From the NCBI GenBank assembly GCA_963662465.1, contig OY759599.1:2176001-2240000 (forward strand): a stretch of DNA of 64,000 nt, in the 5' to 3' direction. Source of the DNA: Desulfatiglandales bacterium (GTDB lineage Bacteria; Desulfobacterota; DSM-4660; Desulfatiglandales; Desulfatiglandaceae). Below the pieces are notes generated by a model that did no database searches, was not told where the DNA came from, and saw only the letters and a list, made by a program, of their open reading frames with translations. A program made the translations under genes and the position numbers. The stretch's first letter is position 1; every line of letters begins with the position of its first letter. This document shows, in pieces, positions 18,667-28,774 of the stretch.

Positions 18667-20388
18667 ATGAAAAAGCGCATCTTATACGCCGAGGCCAACT
18701 ATCCGGCCATTGTCCGCAAAAACGGCTATTTCGTGGACAAAACAGGCTATATTGAAAAGCTGGAGGAAATAGACAATCCTGTGTTCCTCCGCCCGAGGCG
18801 GTTCGGCAAGTCGCTTCTGTGTACCATGCTGGAGAGCTATTACAGCGTTATCTTCAAGGACCGGTTTGATGAACTCTTCGGCCACACCTGGATCGGTCGG
18901 AACCCGACGCCCCCGCACAATGCCTTTTTCGTGCTGCACCTGGATTTTTCCATTGTTGAAACCGGGGAAATGCCGGTCATGAAGGCCAGTTTTGACAGTA
19001 CCGTGAATCGGGAACTGGAGAACCTCATATTCCTCAACAGAAACCTGTTTCACGGTACGACCGCCATCAACCGGGAAAAGAGCGCAACCGATAATCTCAG
19101 TAATGTACTGAGAAGCATTGCACGTCAAGATTTGCCGAAACTTTACGTCATCATCGACGAATACGACAACTTCGCCAACCAACTCATCACCGGCCACAAG
19201 GATCGGCTCTACAAGCAGCTCATGGCCGATGAGGGGTTTTTGAAAACCTTCTTCAAGCTCTTAAAAGAAGGCCGCAAGACCGGGGCCATTCACAATGTGT
19301 TCATCACCGGCGTACTTCCAATAACAATTGATGAACTGGCATCCGGCTTCAATATCGCCAATTTTATCACTCTGGAGCCGGACTTTGAAAACATGCTGGG
19401 GTTTACCCAGACCGAGGTGGACCACCTGCTGGATGAAATTTATAAGGATTATGAGTTTGATCCAGCCACCCGATCTGAAACAGACGCTTTGATCAAGAGC
19501 AACTACAACGGGTATCACTTTGTGACTCCGGACGACGAACCAGTGTACAACGCCACCATACTAATCTATTTTCTCAACTATTTCACGCGATATGGCGAGT
19601 ATCCGGAGTATCTGACGGACCTGAACCTCAAAACCGATCTCATGTGGGTACGCCGCATCACCGGATCGAATCCGGAAAACACCAAAGAGTTTGTAAACCA
19701 GCTTCTCCTGCACGGTAACATTGCATTCGACAAAACCTTTTTGATCTCCAAATTCAATATGAGTCAGTTCTTTGAAAAGGGGTTTTTTCCCATTTCCTTT
19801 TTTTATCTGGGTATGCTCACGAGGCAGGATGACTTCAGCCTTACCCTTCCCAATCTGAACATGCACCGGATCTTCGTGGAATATTTCAATGAACTGCACC
19901 GGATTGACGTGTCCACCCGATACCGGGAGATCATGCAGGGCTTTCTAAATAACCTGGATTTGCACGCGCTGTTTGGGGGATACTGGAAGGAATACGTCTC
20001 CCAGCTCCCGGAGGCGGTTTTCCAGCAGGTCAATGAAAATTTCTACCGCACCACCTTTTATGAGCTGTGCAGCCGCTACCTTTCCAGGTGGTTTGTATGG
20101 AATGTGGAAAGGTCCTACCCCAAGGGCCGCACGGACCTGGAATTTGTGGGCAAGTACAGTGAGTGCTTTGCCGGAGTGCGCATGGTGATCGAGTTCAAAT
20201 ACTATTCCAATGCAAAATTTGAAAAGCTCAAAACCCCTATCGACGATTTTGAACCGCTGGAAGCGGATACAGAACAGATTGCGGGGTATGTGGAAGGATT
20301 AAAACAGGAATATCCCGAGGCAAAGGTTTCGCGGCATGTGATCTACTGCTTCGGGAATCAGGGGTATCGGGTGTTTGATGTTTTGTGA
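18667..20388 (+). CDS. AAA-ATPase-like protein with C-terminal PD-(D/E)XK nuclease domain
   Basis: YFVDKT, RPRRFGKSL, IIDEYDN, FITGV, GRTDL...IEFKY. Confidence 0.88.
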   Translation: MKKRILYAEANYPAIVRKNGYFVDKTGYIEKLEEIDNPVFLRPRRFGKSLLCTMLESYYSVIFKDRFDELFGHTWIGRNPTPPHNAFFVLHLDFSIVETGEMPVMKASFDSTVNRELENLIFLNRNLFHGTTAINREKSATDNLSNVLRSIARQDLPKLYVIIDEYDNFANQLITGHKDRLYKQLMADEGFLKTFFKLLKEGRKTGAIHNVFITGVLPITIDELASGFNIANFITLEPDFENMLGFTQTEVDHLLDEIYKDYEFDPATRSETDALIKSNYNGYHFVTPDDEPVYNATILIYFLNYFTRYGEYPEYLTDLNLKTDLMWVRRITGSNPENTKEFVNQLLLHGNIAFDKTFLISKFNMSQFFEKGFFPISFFYLGMLTRQDDFSLTLPNLNMHRIFVEYFNELHRIDVSTRYREIMQGFLNNLDLHALFGGYWKEYVSQLPEAVFQQVNENFYRTTFYELCSRYLSRWFVWNVERSYPKGRTDLEFVGKYSECFAGVRMVIEFKYYSNAKFEKLKTPIDDFEPLEADTEQIAGYVEGLKQEYPEAKVSRHVIYCFGNQGYRVFDVL

Positions 20389-20400
20389 AGGAAGCTCTCC

Positions 20401-22485
20401 TTACGCCGCATCTGAAAAACGGGGCGGCGTCCAGGTTTTGCGGGCTTTTATGGCCAGCCTTCGGACGCGCGAGATGTCATCATCGGTAAAGATCCCGTTG
20501 ACCCCTGAAATGGCCGCCAGCTTCATACCGTGTTTCAGACCCATCTTGTAGATTTCCCGCACCTTTTCCCATTCAATCTCGCGGCCGATGGTGAAGATCT
20601 CAAATCGCCCTTCCAGTGCCAGCACAATGGTTTCAGCAAGACAGGCATAGGCCACCTTTGGGGGGAGACCGATATCCTTCATTTCCGGGTTGCCGGGCAG
20701 CTCGATTTCACCGGATTCGATGACCAGCACGTCCGGGCGTTTGGCCACATCTTCCGGAGACAGGTCCAGGGGACGGGCCACGTCGGTAATGACACACCCG
20801 GGCTTGACCCGCATAATGTCCAAAACAGCCTTGCCGGCGCCGGATGTGGCCGTGACAATCACATCCATGTCCGGCAGATAGCGGTCAGGACGGGTTGAGA
20901 TGTGAAGTGTCACGTGGGGTGTTTCTTCCAGGATGGCTTCCCGCAGGGCCAGCAGCTTGGCCGTATTCCGGCCCACCATGTAGACTTCTTCAAAGGCTTT
21001 TGCCAGTAGACGGCAACACACGGAACCAATGGCTCCGGTAGCCCCGAAAACCATGGCTTTTCCTTTAATAATTTCCCCTTTTTCCACCTGGATCAAGCCC
21101 ATGCGACGCACGGCATCGGCTCCCGCCCACAACGCCCCCGAAGCGCTATAGCTGTTCCCCGTGGTAATGGGGATATCCGCTTTTTTGGCTACGGTCACCC
21201 CGGCATCCCCCACCACCTTGGTAAAGGCCCCCAGCCCCATGATCTGCGCCCCCAGCCGTTTGGCCATTTTGGCCGCCTGCAAAAGACGATCATAGGTAAA
21301 CTCCGCCTTGTGGGCCAGCATCTGCTTAGGCGTTCCCCCCACTGAAATTAACCATCCTTCCGCTTCCACGCCGGTGGGGCTCTTAATGCCGGTCACCTTT
21401 GAATAAAGAAAGGGCGGCGCATAGGCAAACACCTTTTCAACAGCGTCCATGAAAAGCGGGGGCGCAAACCGGCTGACCATATCCAGGGTCTTTTCTTTTT
21501 TGAGAAACTCCTGGGAAAGGGGATGGATCACAAAGGCGAAACGATTCACCCGCTTGGGCGTACCGGACGGGTACACCACCCTGGGGGCCATATTCTGTTC
21601 ACAGATAAGCTCCAGAATGTCATCATCCGTGATCTGATCCTGCTTCTTGCCAAGCGCCGACAACATGAGGGCTTCCAGCACATTGAGGCCCACGACTTTT
21701 TCGAGGACCTTGGGAGCGGTATCGATGACGACATCCACACCGCGTTCCCGCAGAAACGTCACCCGATCATCATAAGCGCAGGAGGTGATAATGATCTTCC
21801 CCCCCAACTCATCCAGGGTGGCATGTTCCAGATATCGATAAAAATCATAATGGGGCGCCACAATGACCTGGGCCTGTTGCATGGCTTTTTTTATCAGATG
21901 GATATTCCACAGACGCGCGGGCATAAAATTGGCGGAGAATTTCTTGCTGGGCACCCACTTCAAAATTTCATGAACGCCGCTGGCGTAGAGTTCCAGATCC
22001 TTTACGGACGTTATGAATTTGCTGATCCCGTTTTCAAGAACGGGGTCCGCAAAGATCAAGTTTTCGGTAAATTCGCTCATCACCCGTGCGATCTTGTGGT
22101 TGGCCAGGCCTGAAAAAAACAGGACCCTGGCGTTGTCAAAGTATTTGCCGAATACAAACTCCACATGCCGGATAGACCATTCGTGGACGACGTTTCGAAG
22201 GGCGCTGCCCATGGTGACAGGCGTGTTGACCCGATCACTCAACAACCGAATCTTCTCGGCCCGCCTCTCCAGAACATATTTCGGACCAATGGCATTGGGA
22301 AATCTCATGCTGCCCAGACCGATGGCATCGGCTTTCCCGTCCCATTGCAACAGCAATTCCATCATGCGCTCCAGATCCCCATCCGTTCCAAAACGGCGAA
22401 TGGAGAAGTCATGACCCAGAAATTCCGTTTCCAATTCATAATCGGCTGTTTTCGGACCAAGGCTGATGCTGACGACCTGTTTCAC
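20401..22485 (-). CDS. two-domain protein: uncharacterised N-terminal domain plus acyl-ACP reductase-like NAD(P)-dependent reductase
   Basis: FAFVIHPL, GLGAFTKVV, TTGNSYS, GATGAIGS, DVARP, YACLAETIVLALEGRFE match motifs of the cyanobacterial AAR family. Confidence 0.7.
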   Translation of the reverse strand: MKQVVSISLGPKTADYELETEFLGHDFSIRRFGTDGDLERMMELLLQWDGKADAIGLGSMRFPNAIGPKYVLERRAEKIRLLSDRVNTPVTMGSALRNVVHEWSIRHVEFVFGKYFDNARVLFFSGLANHKIARVMSEFTENLIFADPVLENGISKFITSVKDLELYASGVHEILKWVPSKKFSANFMPARLWNIHLIKKAMQQAQVIVAPHYDFYRYLEHATLDELGGKIIITSCAYDDRVTFLRERGVDVVIDTAPKVLEKVVGLNVLEALMLSALGKKQDQITDDDILELICEQNMAPRVVYPSGTPKRVNRFAFVIHPLSQEFLKKEKTLDMVSRFAPPLFMDAVEKVFAYAPPFLYSKVTGIKSPTGVEAEGWLISVGGTPKQMLAHKAEFTYDRLLQAAKMAKRLGAQIMGLGAFTKVVGDAGVTVAKKADIPITTGNSYSASGALWAGADAVRRMGLIQVEKGEIIKGKAMVFGATGAIGSVCCRLLAKAFEEVYMVGRNTAKLLALREAILEETPHVTLHISTRPDRYLPDMDVIVTATSGAGKAVLDIMRVKPGCVITDVARPLDLSPEDVAKRPDVLVIESGEIELPGNPEMKDIGLPPKVAYACLAETIVLALEGRFEIFTIGREIEWEKVREIYKMGLKHGMKLAAISGVNGIFTDDDISRVRRLAIKARKTWTPPRFSDAA

Positions 22486-22515
22486 CTTATCTCCTCCCCT
22501 GTTTGGAACCCGCCA

Positions 22516-24303
22516 TTATTGGCCGCTCAACTCTTTTAAAATCTCCGCCAGTTCACGGGTATCCCGCTCCGGCGGTTCCGGTTGATGGGTACTGCAATAC
22601 CGAGAATCCGCCATTGCGTGTTTCCTGCACTGTTTTCCCCTCCGAGTGAATGCCTGGCATCTGGCGGGGTCCGTATCCAGCGCCACATGGGTCTCAAACA
22701 ACCTCTCCCCGTGATCTTCCAACCCTTCCAGCAAATGCACATCCGTTTCCGAGAATGCTCCGTGCATACCGCAGTATTCAGATCCCGGGACCGCCCGCTT
22801 CTTGCACCGCCCACCCTCTCGGGTCACGCCTTTACAGCGCATCTCCTGGTATGTATCGTGCAAAACCAGGGGCGCCTCCTCAATGGCGCCTGAATCCACC
22901 AGTTCCACAAGATGCGCCAATTCATCTTCGAACCCTTCCAGAAGCGCTTCCCCATCGGGCATCAATCCCTCATCAACGGCAATGCCGACGCTCACCCGAC
23001 CATTATAACTCATGATACTGACGCCCAACCCCACATCTCCGGCCCTCGGCACCCAGAACATAAGATTTTTAATTTCACTGCCCGCAAAATAGAGGGGTTC
23101 CGTCGGGCCCGGCACATTGGTCAGAATCCCGGAGGCCTTATTGCTGAAGTAATGGGCCAGGCTTTTTGCGATCCCGGGCGGCATGATGCCCACCGTGCTG
23201 AGGAGGCCAAAATTCACCATGGTATCGGGCGCTTTTTTGAGATCGTCCATCCGACGCTTGACCTCTTTTAATCGCAGAACCACGTCCTCAATATAAACAG
23301 GGAGGGTCAGAAAAATAAGACTGAACTTATTTCCCAATTCAACTTCAGTGCCCGGCTTCCGGATATTGACCGGGACCAGCACATTCAGGTCAAGCTTATT
23401 TACCGGATAGTTCCTGCTTTTCAAATAACGACGCATGGCGCCGGTAACCGTTGAAATCAGCACATCGTTGATGGTGGCCCCGTGAATGGCGCCTCCGACC
23501 TTCTTAACGGATTCCAGGGGTATGGGGTCGGTCCAGACCGCATTTTTCCGCGTTCCGAGTTTCCCTTTAAATGCGGTGGACGGATCCGGGGGCATGAGCG
23601 CCAATTTTGCCAGCACCCCTCCCGCATCCGCTGAAATATGGGTGCTTTTCTTTGCCAGATCCATCAGGCGATCCAGGTCAAAAACCGCATCTTTGAGTTC
23701 CTCCACCACCTTGAGCCCGAATTTCTGCGTCGTATCCCTGACTTTCTGAACGCCCCGAATTAACCCGGCAACAGGCCACTGGAAGTCAAAGGAAGATATT
23801 TTTCGCTCCTTTTCCGGCAGTTCCTCAGGCCATGGCGCGCCGGGTTCATGGTCCGCCGCCGCAAGCAGTACGTGAACCAGAGCAATGCCGTCGGCAATGC
23901 AGTGATGAATCCGAAACAGGACCACACAGCCTTCGCCATAATTCTCAATCAAATGAACTTGCCAGAGGGGTTTATGAGGATCCAGGGGGGCAGCCATCAT
24001 ATCACTCACCATTTCCTGAAGTTCCGCCTTGCTCCCCGGCGACGGCAGCGCCACCCTGTGAATATGGCTTCGGATATCAAAATGCCGATCCATCTCCCAG
24101 GTGGGGGTCCCCATCCCCGAAACCGGCTTCACCACTTTTTTCCTGAACCGCGGAAAAGATGAAATACGGGATTCAATGGTGGCCCGCAGACGTTTGAAAT
24201 TGATGCACTCTTCAAACGCCATAAACGCGGTGATCATCATCAGATTGGTGGGATCATCCATACAGAGCCAGAAATTATCGGCATTGCTCATGGATTGACT
24301 CAT
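22516..24303 (-). CDS. wax ester synthase/diacylglycerol acyltransferase (WS/DGAT) with two C-terminal CCCH fingers
   Basis: PLW, catalytic HHCIADG, ATINDV, TNVPGP, SYNG motifs. Confidence 0.92.
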   Translation of the reverse strand: MSQSMSNADNFWLCMDDPTNLMMITAFMAFEECINFKRLRATIESRISSFPRFRKKVVKPVSGMGTPTWEMDRHFDIRSHIHRVALPSPGSKAELQEMVSDMMAAPLDPHKPLWQVHLIENYGEGCVVLFRIHHCIADGIALVHVLLAAADHEPGAPWPEELPEKERKISSFDFQWPVAGLIRGVQKVRDTTQKFGLKVVEELKDAVFDLDRLMDLAKKSTHISADAGGVLAKLALMPPDPSTAFKGKLGTRKNAVWTDPIPLESVKKVGGAIHGATINDVLISTVTGAMRRYLKSRNYPVNKLDLNVLVPVNIRKPGTEVELGNKFSLIFLTLPVYIEDVVLRLKEVKRRMDDLKKAPDTMVNFGLLSTVGIMPPGIAKSLAHYFSNKASGILTNVPGPTEPLYFAGSEIKNLMFWVPRAGDVGLGVSIMSYNGRVSVGIAVDEGLMPDGEALLEGFEDELAHLVELVDSGAIEEAPLVLHDTYQEMRCKGVTREGGRCKKRAVPGSEYCGMHGAFSETDVHLLEGLEDHGERLFETHVALDTDPARCQAFTRRGKQCRKHAMADSRYCSTHQPEPPERDTRELAEILKELSGQ

Positions 24304-24328
24304 AATTTACCCCTTTGGCGGTTTACAG

Positions 24329-24589
24329 TTACTCATTTAAAAGACGTGATGCCAAATCAACATAGGACTGCATGGCCGCATTTTTGCCTGTGCCCTTCTG
24401 TTTTGCCCATGCATCATATTTGGCCCGACCCACCATATTGGTAAAACCGGGTCGTTTTCCGGACACATCGCCATTTTTTGCCTGTTTGTGGTAAGCATAC
24501 AACGCCAGGAGCGTGTTGTTGTCAGGTTTTTTTGACAATTTCTGCACATCCTGTGCAGCGGTCTCAAATCTGGAACTTAAATCGGCCAT
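24329..24589 (-). CDS. acyl-CoA-binding protein
   Basis: LLALYAYHKQAKNGD...RPG...GRAKYDAW...AMQSY; GGAGG RBS before MADLSS. Confidence 0.9.
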   Translation of the reverse strand: MADLSSRFETAAQDVQKLSKKPDNNTLLALYAYHKQAKNGDVSGKRPGFTNMVGRAKYDAWAKQKGTGKNAAMQSYVDLASRLLNE

Positions 24590-24723
24590 TAATAATTCCT
24601 CCTTGCAAATGATGATGTCAAAAGGACAAAAACCGATAAAAAGAAACTCACACATCTTCATATCAATCAATTTCACCTAACATCAAACCCTGTTGTTGTC
24701 AACTTATTCGGTGTACGGATCAG

Positions 24724-24999
24724 TCATGAAGTCTCCCGGTCGAGTCTATTCACAAAAAATATTGAATAGTCCCGCCTGACCGGCGGCTCGCATGGGTTGA
24801 AATGTACATATTCCAACCGATCCCCCCCTTTGAGGATATGATGGGAAGAAGCGGTATCGCCATTTACCAATACCTGTCCACAGTGAATCAGATCTTCCCA
24901 GGCATTGCGCTCATGATAGGTGAACCGCCGGCACAGGAAATCCAGCAATTGCACCCCTGTATTTTCGGAAGGAATGCGAATGGAATCGCGTCTTTTCAT
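24724..24999 (-). pseudogene. RluA/RluD-family pseudouridine synthase remnant
   Basis: S4-like domain joined directly to NRLDRETS, then stop. Confidence 0.75.
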
Positions 25000-25009
25000 G
25001 GGTGTTTCT

Positions 25010-25516
25010 TCAGATACGAAACCGCCATTTGCAGAACATATCCCGTGGATGAGGGTCGGGCGGTGCAAAAAGGCATTCAACCCGAATGCGCTCATCTATC
25101 CCTCGGGCAAACCCTTCAAATTCTCCGCGATGCATCTCTTTGCAAACAAACTCATCCAGGCCCCGTTTCAGTCTGGCCTCCTGGGTCGGACAGGACGGCA
25201 CGGAAATGGTCACTTCATCTTCGGTTTCTTCGATGTGGTAATCCACCAGAATACACCAGGGGAAAAGCTTCAGGGCTTTCACAAAACCCTTGAGCCCCTT
25301 TTCTTGAATGGCAAAGCGCGGCGCCAAATCTTTCGCCGCCATTCCCGCAACCCTGCCCCAGACCTTTTCATTGAGCCGCTCAGCAGTGGGTTGGTCGAAA
25401 CGCTCGGCCACATTGATAAACCAGAACGCATCCATCACCCGATAGTGCCACAATAAAAATTCAATATACTGTTTAAGCTCCGATTTATCCATTTTGTCAA
25501 AGATGTCGAGATTCAT
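25010..25516 (-). CDS. DUF6125-like protein (possible V4R-type metal-binding fold)
   Basis: DAFWF...CPTQEAR...CKEMH...[19 protein letters not shown]. Confidence 0.7.
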   Translation of the reverse strand: MNLDIFDKMDKSELKQYIEFLLWHYRVMDAFWFINVAERFDQPTAERLNEKVWGRVAGMAAKDLAPRFAIQEKGLKGFVKALKLFPWCILVDYHIEETEDEVTISVPSCPTQEARLKRGLDEFVCKEMHRGEFEGFARGIDERIRVECLFAPPDPHPRDMFCKWRFRI

Positions 25517-25590
25517 TGTCAGCTCCTTTCGGGTTTAATTCCGGATGCCGATCCTTCCGGCATCGTGAAAACATCATGTCAAATCTTTTT

Positions 25591-25745
25591 GGCTCATCGT
25601 GGATTCGCGTGAGATTTGGCTTCTGAGCCGATTGTAGGTGCGACTTCAGTCGCACATTAAGCCGACCCTGTGCGACTGAAGTCGCACCTACAGCCCGAAC
25701 CGAAACAATCTCAAAGCGCGATTTCACGTTAATCCGCGATGAACC
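25591..25745. mobile_element. MITE with 25-bp TIRs, 8-bp TSD ATCTTTTT and internal GTAG REP doublet (25634-25691)
   Basis: ATCTTTTT at 25583-25590 and 25746-25753; GTAGGTGCGACTTCAGTCGCACA and its perfect inverse inside. Confidence 0.88.
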
Positions 25746-26066
25746 ATCTTTTTAATTCGCAACATACATACCTTGCTCACCCCACCCTCGTTTTTTTTAT
25801 GACGCATTAAAGGATTCAGCAAGCAAAAAAGCACAATTTGCTACGAATTCCTGAGTATAATCAAAGCTCGCAGAAAGCCGGGCTCACGGCATGTATCATA
25901 ATTTGACGGATAGTGGTAATTTTGACGATTTACCCATACAAGAGGTTTAAATAAAATAACATTCAACTGCATGTTATCATTGCTTTTATAAGATAGTTGC
26001 TTAATTGATGCGAATTATGCACGTTTCTTGCATTACATTCTATCAAATCACTAAGGAGGGAACTTC

Positions 26067-26363
26067 ATGGAAACAAACAGCATTTCACAAGCAGGAATAG
26101 ATTCCAATCTGATCAATCAAAAGATGAATGAACTAAGTCAGCAAACCCAATCCAAATCGGATAAGGAAAAAGTTGGCCCCATTGGCAGCACGGACACTGT
26201 CAAGATAACAGCGAACATTTCAGAAAAACCGGCAATAGCGTTTGAACCCATTGATGAAGAACAAGCGAATATCCTGGCACAATTGGCAGCGAATGATTTG
26301 AGTAAACAATCTTTCGGCATGTCTACCCAAACAGGAGTAGATGCTTTGAGGGCTTTTATTTGA
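26067..26363 (+). CDS. hypothetical protein
   Basis: Strong AAGGAGG RBS, 98 aa, AT-rich upstream region. Confidence 0.75.
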   Translation: METNSISQAGIDSNLINQKMNELSQQTQSKSDKEKVGPIGSTDTVKITANISEKPAIAFEPIDEEQANILAQLAANDLSKQSFGMSTQTGVDALRAFI

Positions 26364-26458
26364 ATGAAAGATTAGTTTTTCTTAAGTGCCGGCGGTCAAC
26401 TTTAATGGGATGCTCATGTGAGCCAGGTGAGGTTATGAAAAAAGGCGGCAGCGCCAAC

Positions 26459-27553
26459 TCACCCCTTATCGGAGACAACCCTGTTTCCCCCGGCATTTCT
26501 TGCGGACTCAAGAGCCTCAAGCGTACGCCGTGTAACCGTTCCCGCGGTATCCCCATTTTTAAACCGGGTTACACCCATGGAAATCGTGAAAGAAAGGACA
26601 TGCTCACTTCGCATATCATCCAGCGTATACTTGCTCTTCGCAATGGTTTTGCAAAACTGTTTTGATCTTTTGACGGCCTTTTTGAGGGATTCACCGGGAA
26701 AGACCATAACAAAAAGCCCCGCCTGATAACGTGCCGAAAAATCGCCCGTTTTTAGAAATTCTCTGCATTTCTCCGCGATGGCCAATACAACCCGATCACC
26801 CAGTTTGCGTCCGTAGGTTTCTTTAATCTTGTCGAATTCATCAATATCCAGGGCCACCATTGAAAAAGAGGTACGATCAATGGCATTTCCTTCCACGGCC
26901 TTTCGGATATACCTTTCAAAGGCATCCATGTTGTAAATACCGGTTAAGCCATCCCTCAGGGTCCCCTTCTCCGCCTTTTCCAGCTCCTCGGAAAGCGCTT
27001 TGATCTTTTCCGTAAGCATCGCTTTCTGTTTATCATCTCGGGACTGCTTTTCCCTGACCTTTTCCCGCACCTCTTCAATCACCATTTTCAAGGCGCTTTT
27101 CATTTCCTTAATATCGCTCAGGGTTGTGGCTTGCTCTATTCTGCTGGTTTGGGCCAGCATTTTCTCGGAGAAATCGTCATTGTCTACGCTGACTTTCGCC
27201 ATGGCACGGGTTAAAAAATCAATCATTTCCTTAAATTCAGTTTCCCTGGCTGCCAGATAAAGATTCTGTTCCTTAATAAAGAGGTGCATCATTTTTTTAT
27301 TTTTTTCAAAAAATGATCCGACCTCCTTAATTTTTTTCCCGGTCTTTATTTTCTGAGCCAATGCCGCAATCACACTTCTGAATTCCTTGGTATTCAGTTC
27401 CTTTGCATTCAAGGAAAAAGCCTTAAGAAAAAGAAGCAGCACCCCTATGAAATCAGAAATGAACCGTTGAACCTCTTCGTTCTCCTTAGAAGTTTTTGAG
27501 GATTGGATAGTTCCTTCGGAAGCTCTTTTTTTTCTTCTGAAAAGGTTTCTCAT
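26459..27553 (-). CDS. coiled-coil plus degenerate GGDEF-domain protein
   Basis: DGLTGIYN, LDIDEFDKIKETYG..GD, but active site reads RYQAGLF. Confidence 0.85.
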   Translation of the reverse strand: MRNLFRRKKRASEGTIQSSKTSKENEEVQRFISDFIGVLLLFLKAFSLNAKELNTKEFRSVIAALAQKIKTGKKIKEVGSFFEKNKKMMHLFIKEQNLYLAARETEFKEMIDFLTRAMAKVSVDNDDFSEKMLAQTSRIEQATTLSDIKEMKSALKMVIEEVREKVREKQSRDDKQKAMLTEKIKALSEELEKAEKGTLRDGLTGIYNMDAFERYIRKAVEGNAIDRTSFSMVALDIDEFDKIKETYGRKLGDRVVLAIAEKCREFLKTGDFSARYQAGLFVMVFPGESLKKAVKRSKQFCKTIAKSKYTLDDMRSEHVLSFTISMGVTRFKNGDTAGTVTRRTLEALESARNAGGNRVVSDKG

Positions 27554-27582
27554 TTTTTTCACCCCGTCGTCAAAACATAGTT

Positions 27583-28749
27583 CTAATGGGCCATTACCCG
27601 CGACAACAGATGCCCGACTCTTTTGAGACTCTGAAGGCTGTCCGCCGCCATAAAGTGATCCACGTATGGAAGGGCAATATTCATCCCCCGGCAAAGGGGT
27701 TCATAATCCGGGTCCCCTGCCAGGGGGTTCAACCAGATCACGCAATGGCACTTGCGACTCAAATGATCCATTTCCCTTCTCAAAAGATCTTTGACCCCCA
27801 GATCCCATCCATCGCTCAACACCACCACCACGGTCCTTTGATTGAGAAGCCGTTGGCCATGAATTTCATTGAATTGATGCAGGGAAAAGCCGATGCGGGT
27901 GCCCCCTGACCAATCCGGAACTTCCCGTGCAATACGGGAAACGACTTTTTCAAAACTCATATGGCGAACGCTGAACGTAATGGAGGTCAATGAAGTGGAA
28001 AACACAAACACTTCAGACCTGGAGCCCACCCCCCGAAGGCCTAGAAGAAAGGGCATAACAAATTGAGCATACCGATCCATGGAACCGCTCACATCCGCCA
28101 GAATCACCAGGCGCTTGAGCCTCTTTTTTTTCTGTTTGTAAAATAGTTCCAGAGGCGTTCCGCCGGTTTTGAGGCTTTTCCGGATGACGCGTTGAAAATC
28201 CATTCCCCCGGATTTTCGCGTTCTCCTGGAACGTCTTGATTTATCGATCTTAAAAGGCGCCATCATCTTCTTGAGTGCCAGGTTGGCCACCTGAACATCG
28301 GCTTTGTTAAAACGACCCAGATCTTTTTTCTCAACCGTTGATACGATAGGGCTGTACGCCACGCCTTCAAGCCACTCTCTGTCCTCGGAATCCTTTTCTT
28401 TCTCCGATTGTTCGCTTTTGGCTTCCAATTGACACGCATCCCCATCTCCGATATTTTCGGCATCCGGGTTAGGCGTTTTCGGATCATCTTCCGCTTTTTT
28501 GACGGGTTCATCCATCCGGGTCCAGAATTCGTCAAAAAGGGGTTCAAACTGCTGCCACTCAAGATCGGAGGCCACCAGATTGGAACGGAGACAGCAAAAG
28601 AAGTCCGCTTTGTTCTCAAGAGAGATGGCCTCAAGTCCCCGTAACGCATCCTGAATACTGCTCTGAAAAACCTTAAAACCGCGATCCTTGAGAAACGCCG
28701 CAAACTGGATAATTTTCCTTACAAGACCTTCATTTTCGAATGTCATCAC
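27583..28749 (-). CDS. CoxE-like VWA domain protein
   Basis: DVSGSM, WSGGTRIG, SDGWD, WLNPL. Confidence 0.9.
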   Translation of the reverse strand: MMTFENEGLVRKIIQFAAFLKDRGFKVFQSSIQDALRGLEAISLENKADFFCCLRSNLVASDLEWQQFEPLFDEFWTRMDEPVKKAEDDPKTPNPDAENIGDGDACQLEAKSEQSEKEKDSEDREWLEGVAYSPIVSTVEKKDLGRFNKADVQVANLALKKMMAPFKIDKSRRSRRTRKSGGMDFQRVIRKSLKTGGTPLELFYKQKKKRLKRLVILADVSGSMDRYAQFVMPFLLGLRGVGSRSEVFVFSTSLTSITFSVRHMSFEKVVSRIAREVPDWSGGTRIGFSLHQFNEIHGQRLLNQRTVVVVLSDGWDLGVKDLLRREMDHLSRKCHCVIWLNPLAGDPDYEPLCRGMNIALPYVDHFMAADSLQSLKRVGHLLSRVMAH

Positions 28750-28774
28750 TTCACCGCTAAAATGGCCTGGTCGT

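Noticed and set aside
20401..22485. Alkane biosynthesis pathway
   Set aside because: No aldehyde-deformylating oxygenase nearby; context points to ester synthesis
26017..26033. Sigma-54 promoter before the 98-aa gene (ATGCAC-N5-TTGCA)
   Set aside because: Invariant -24 GG is missing
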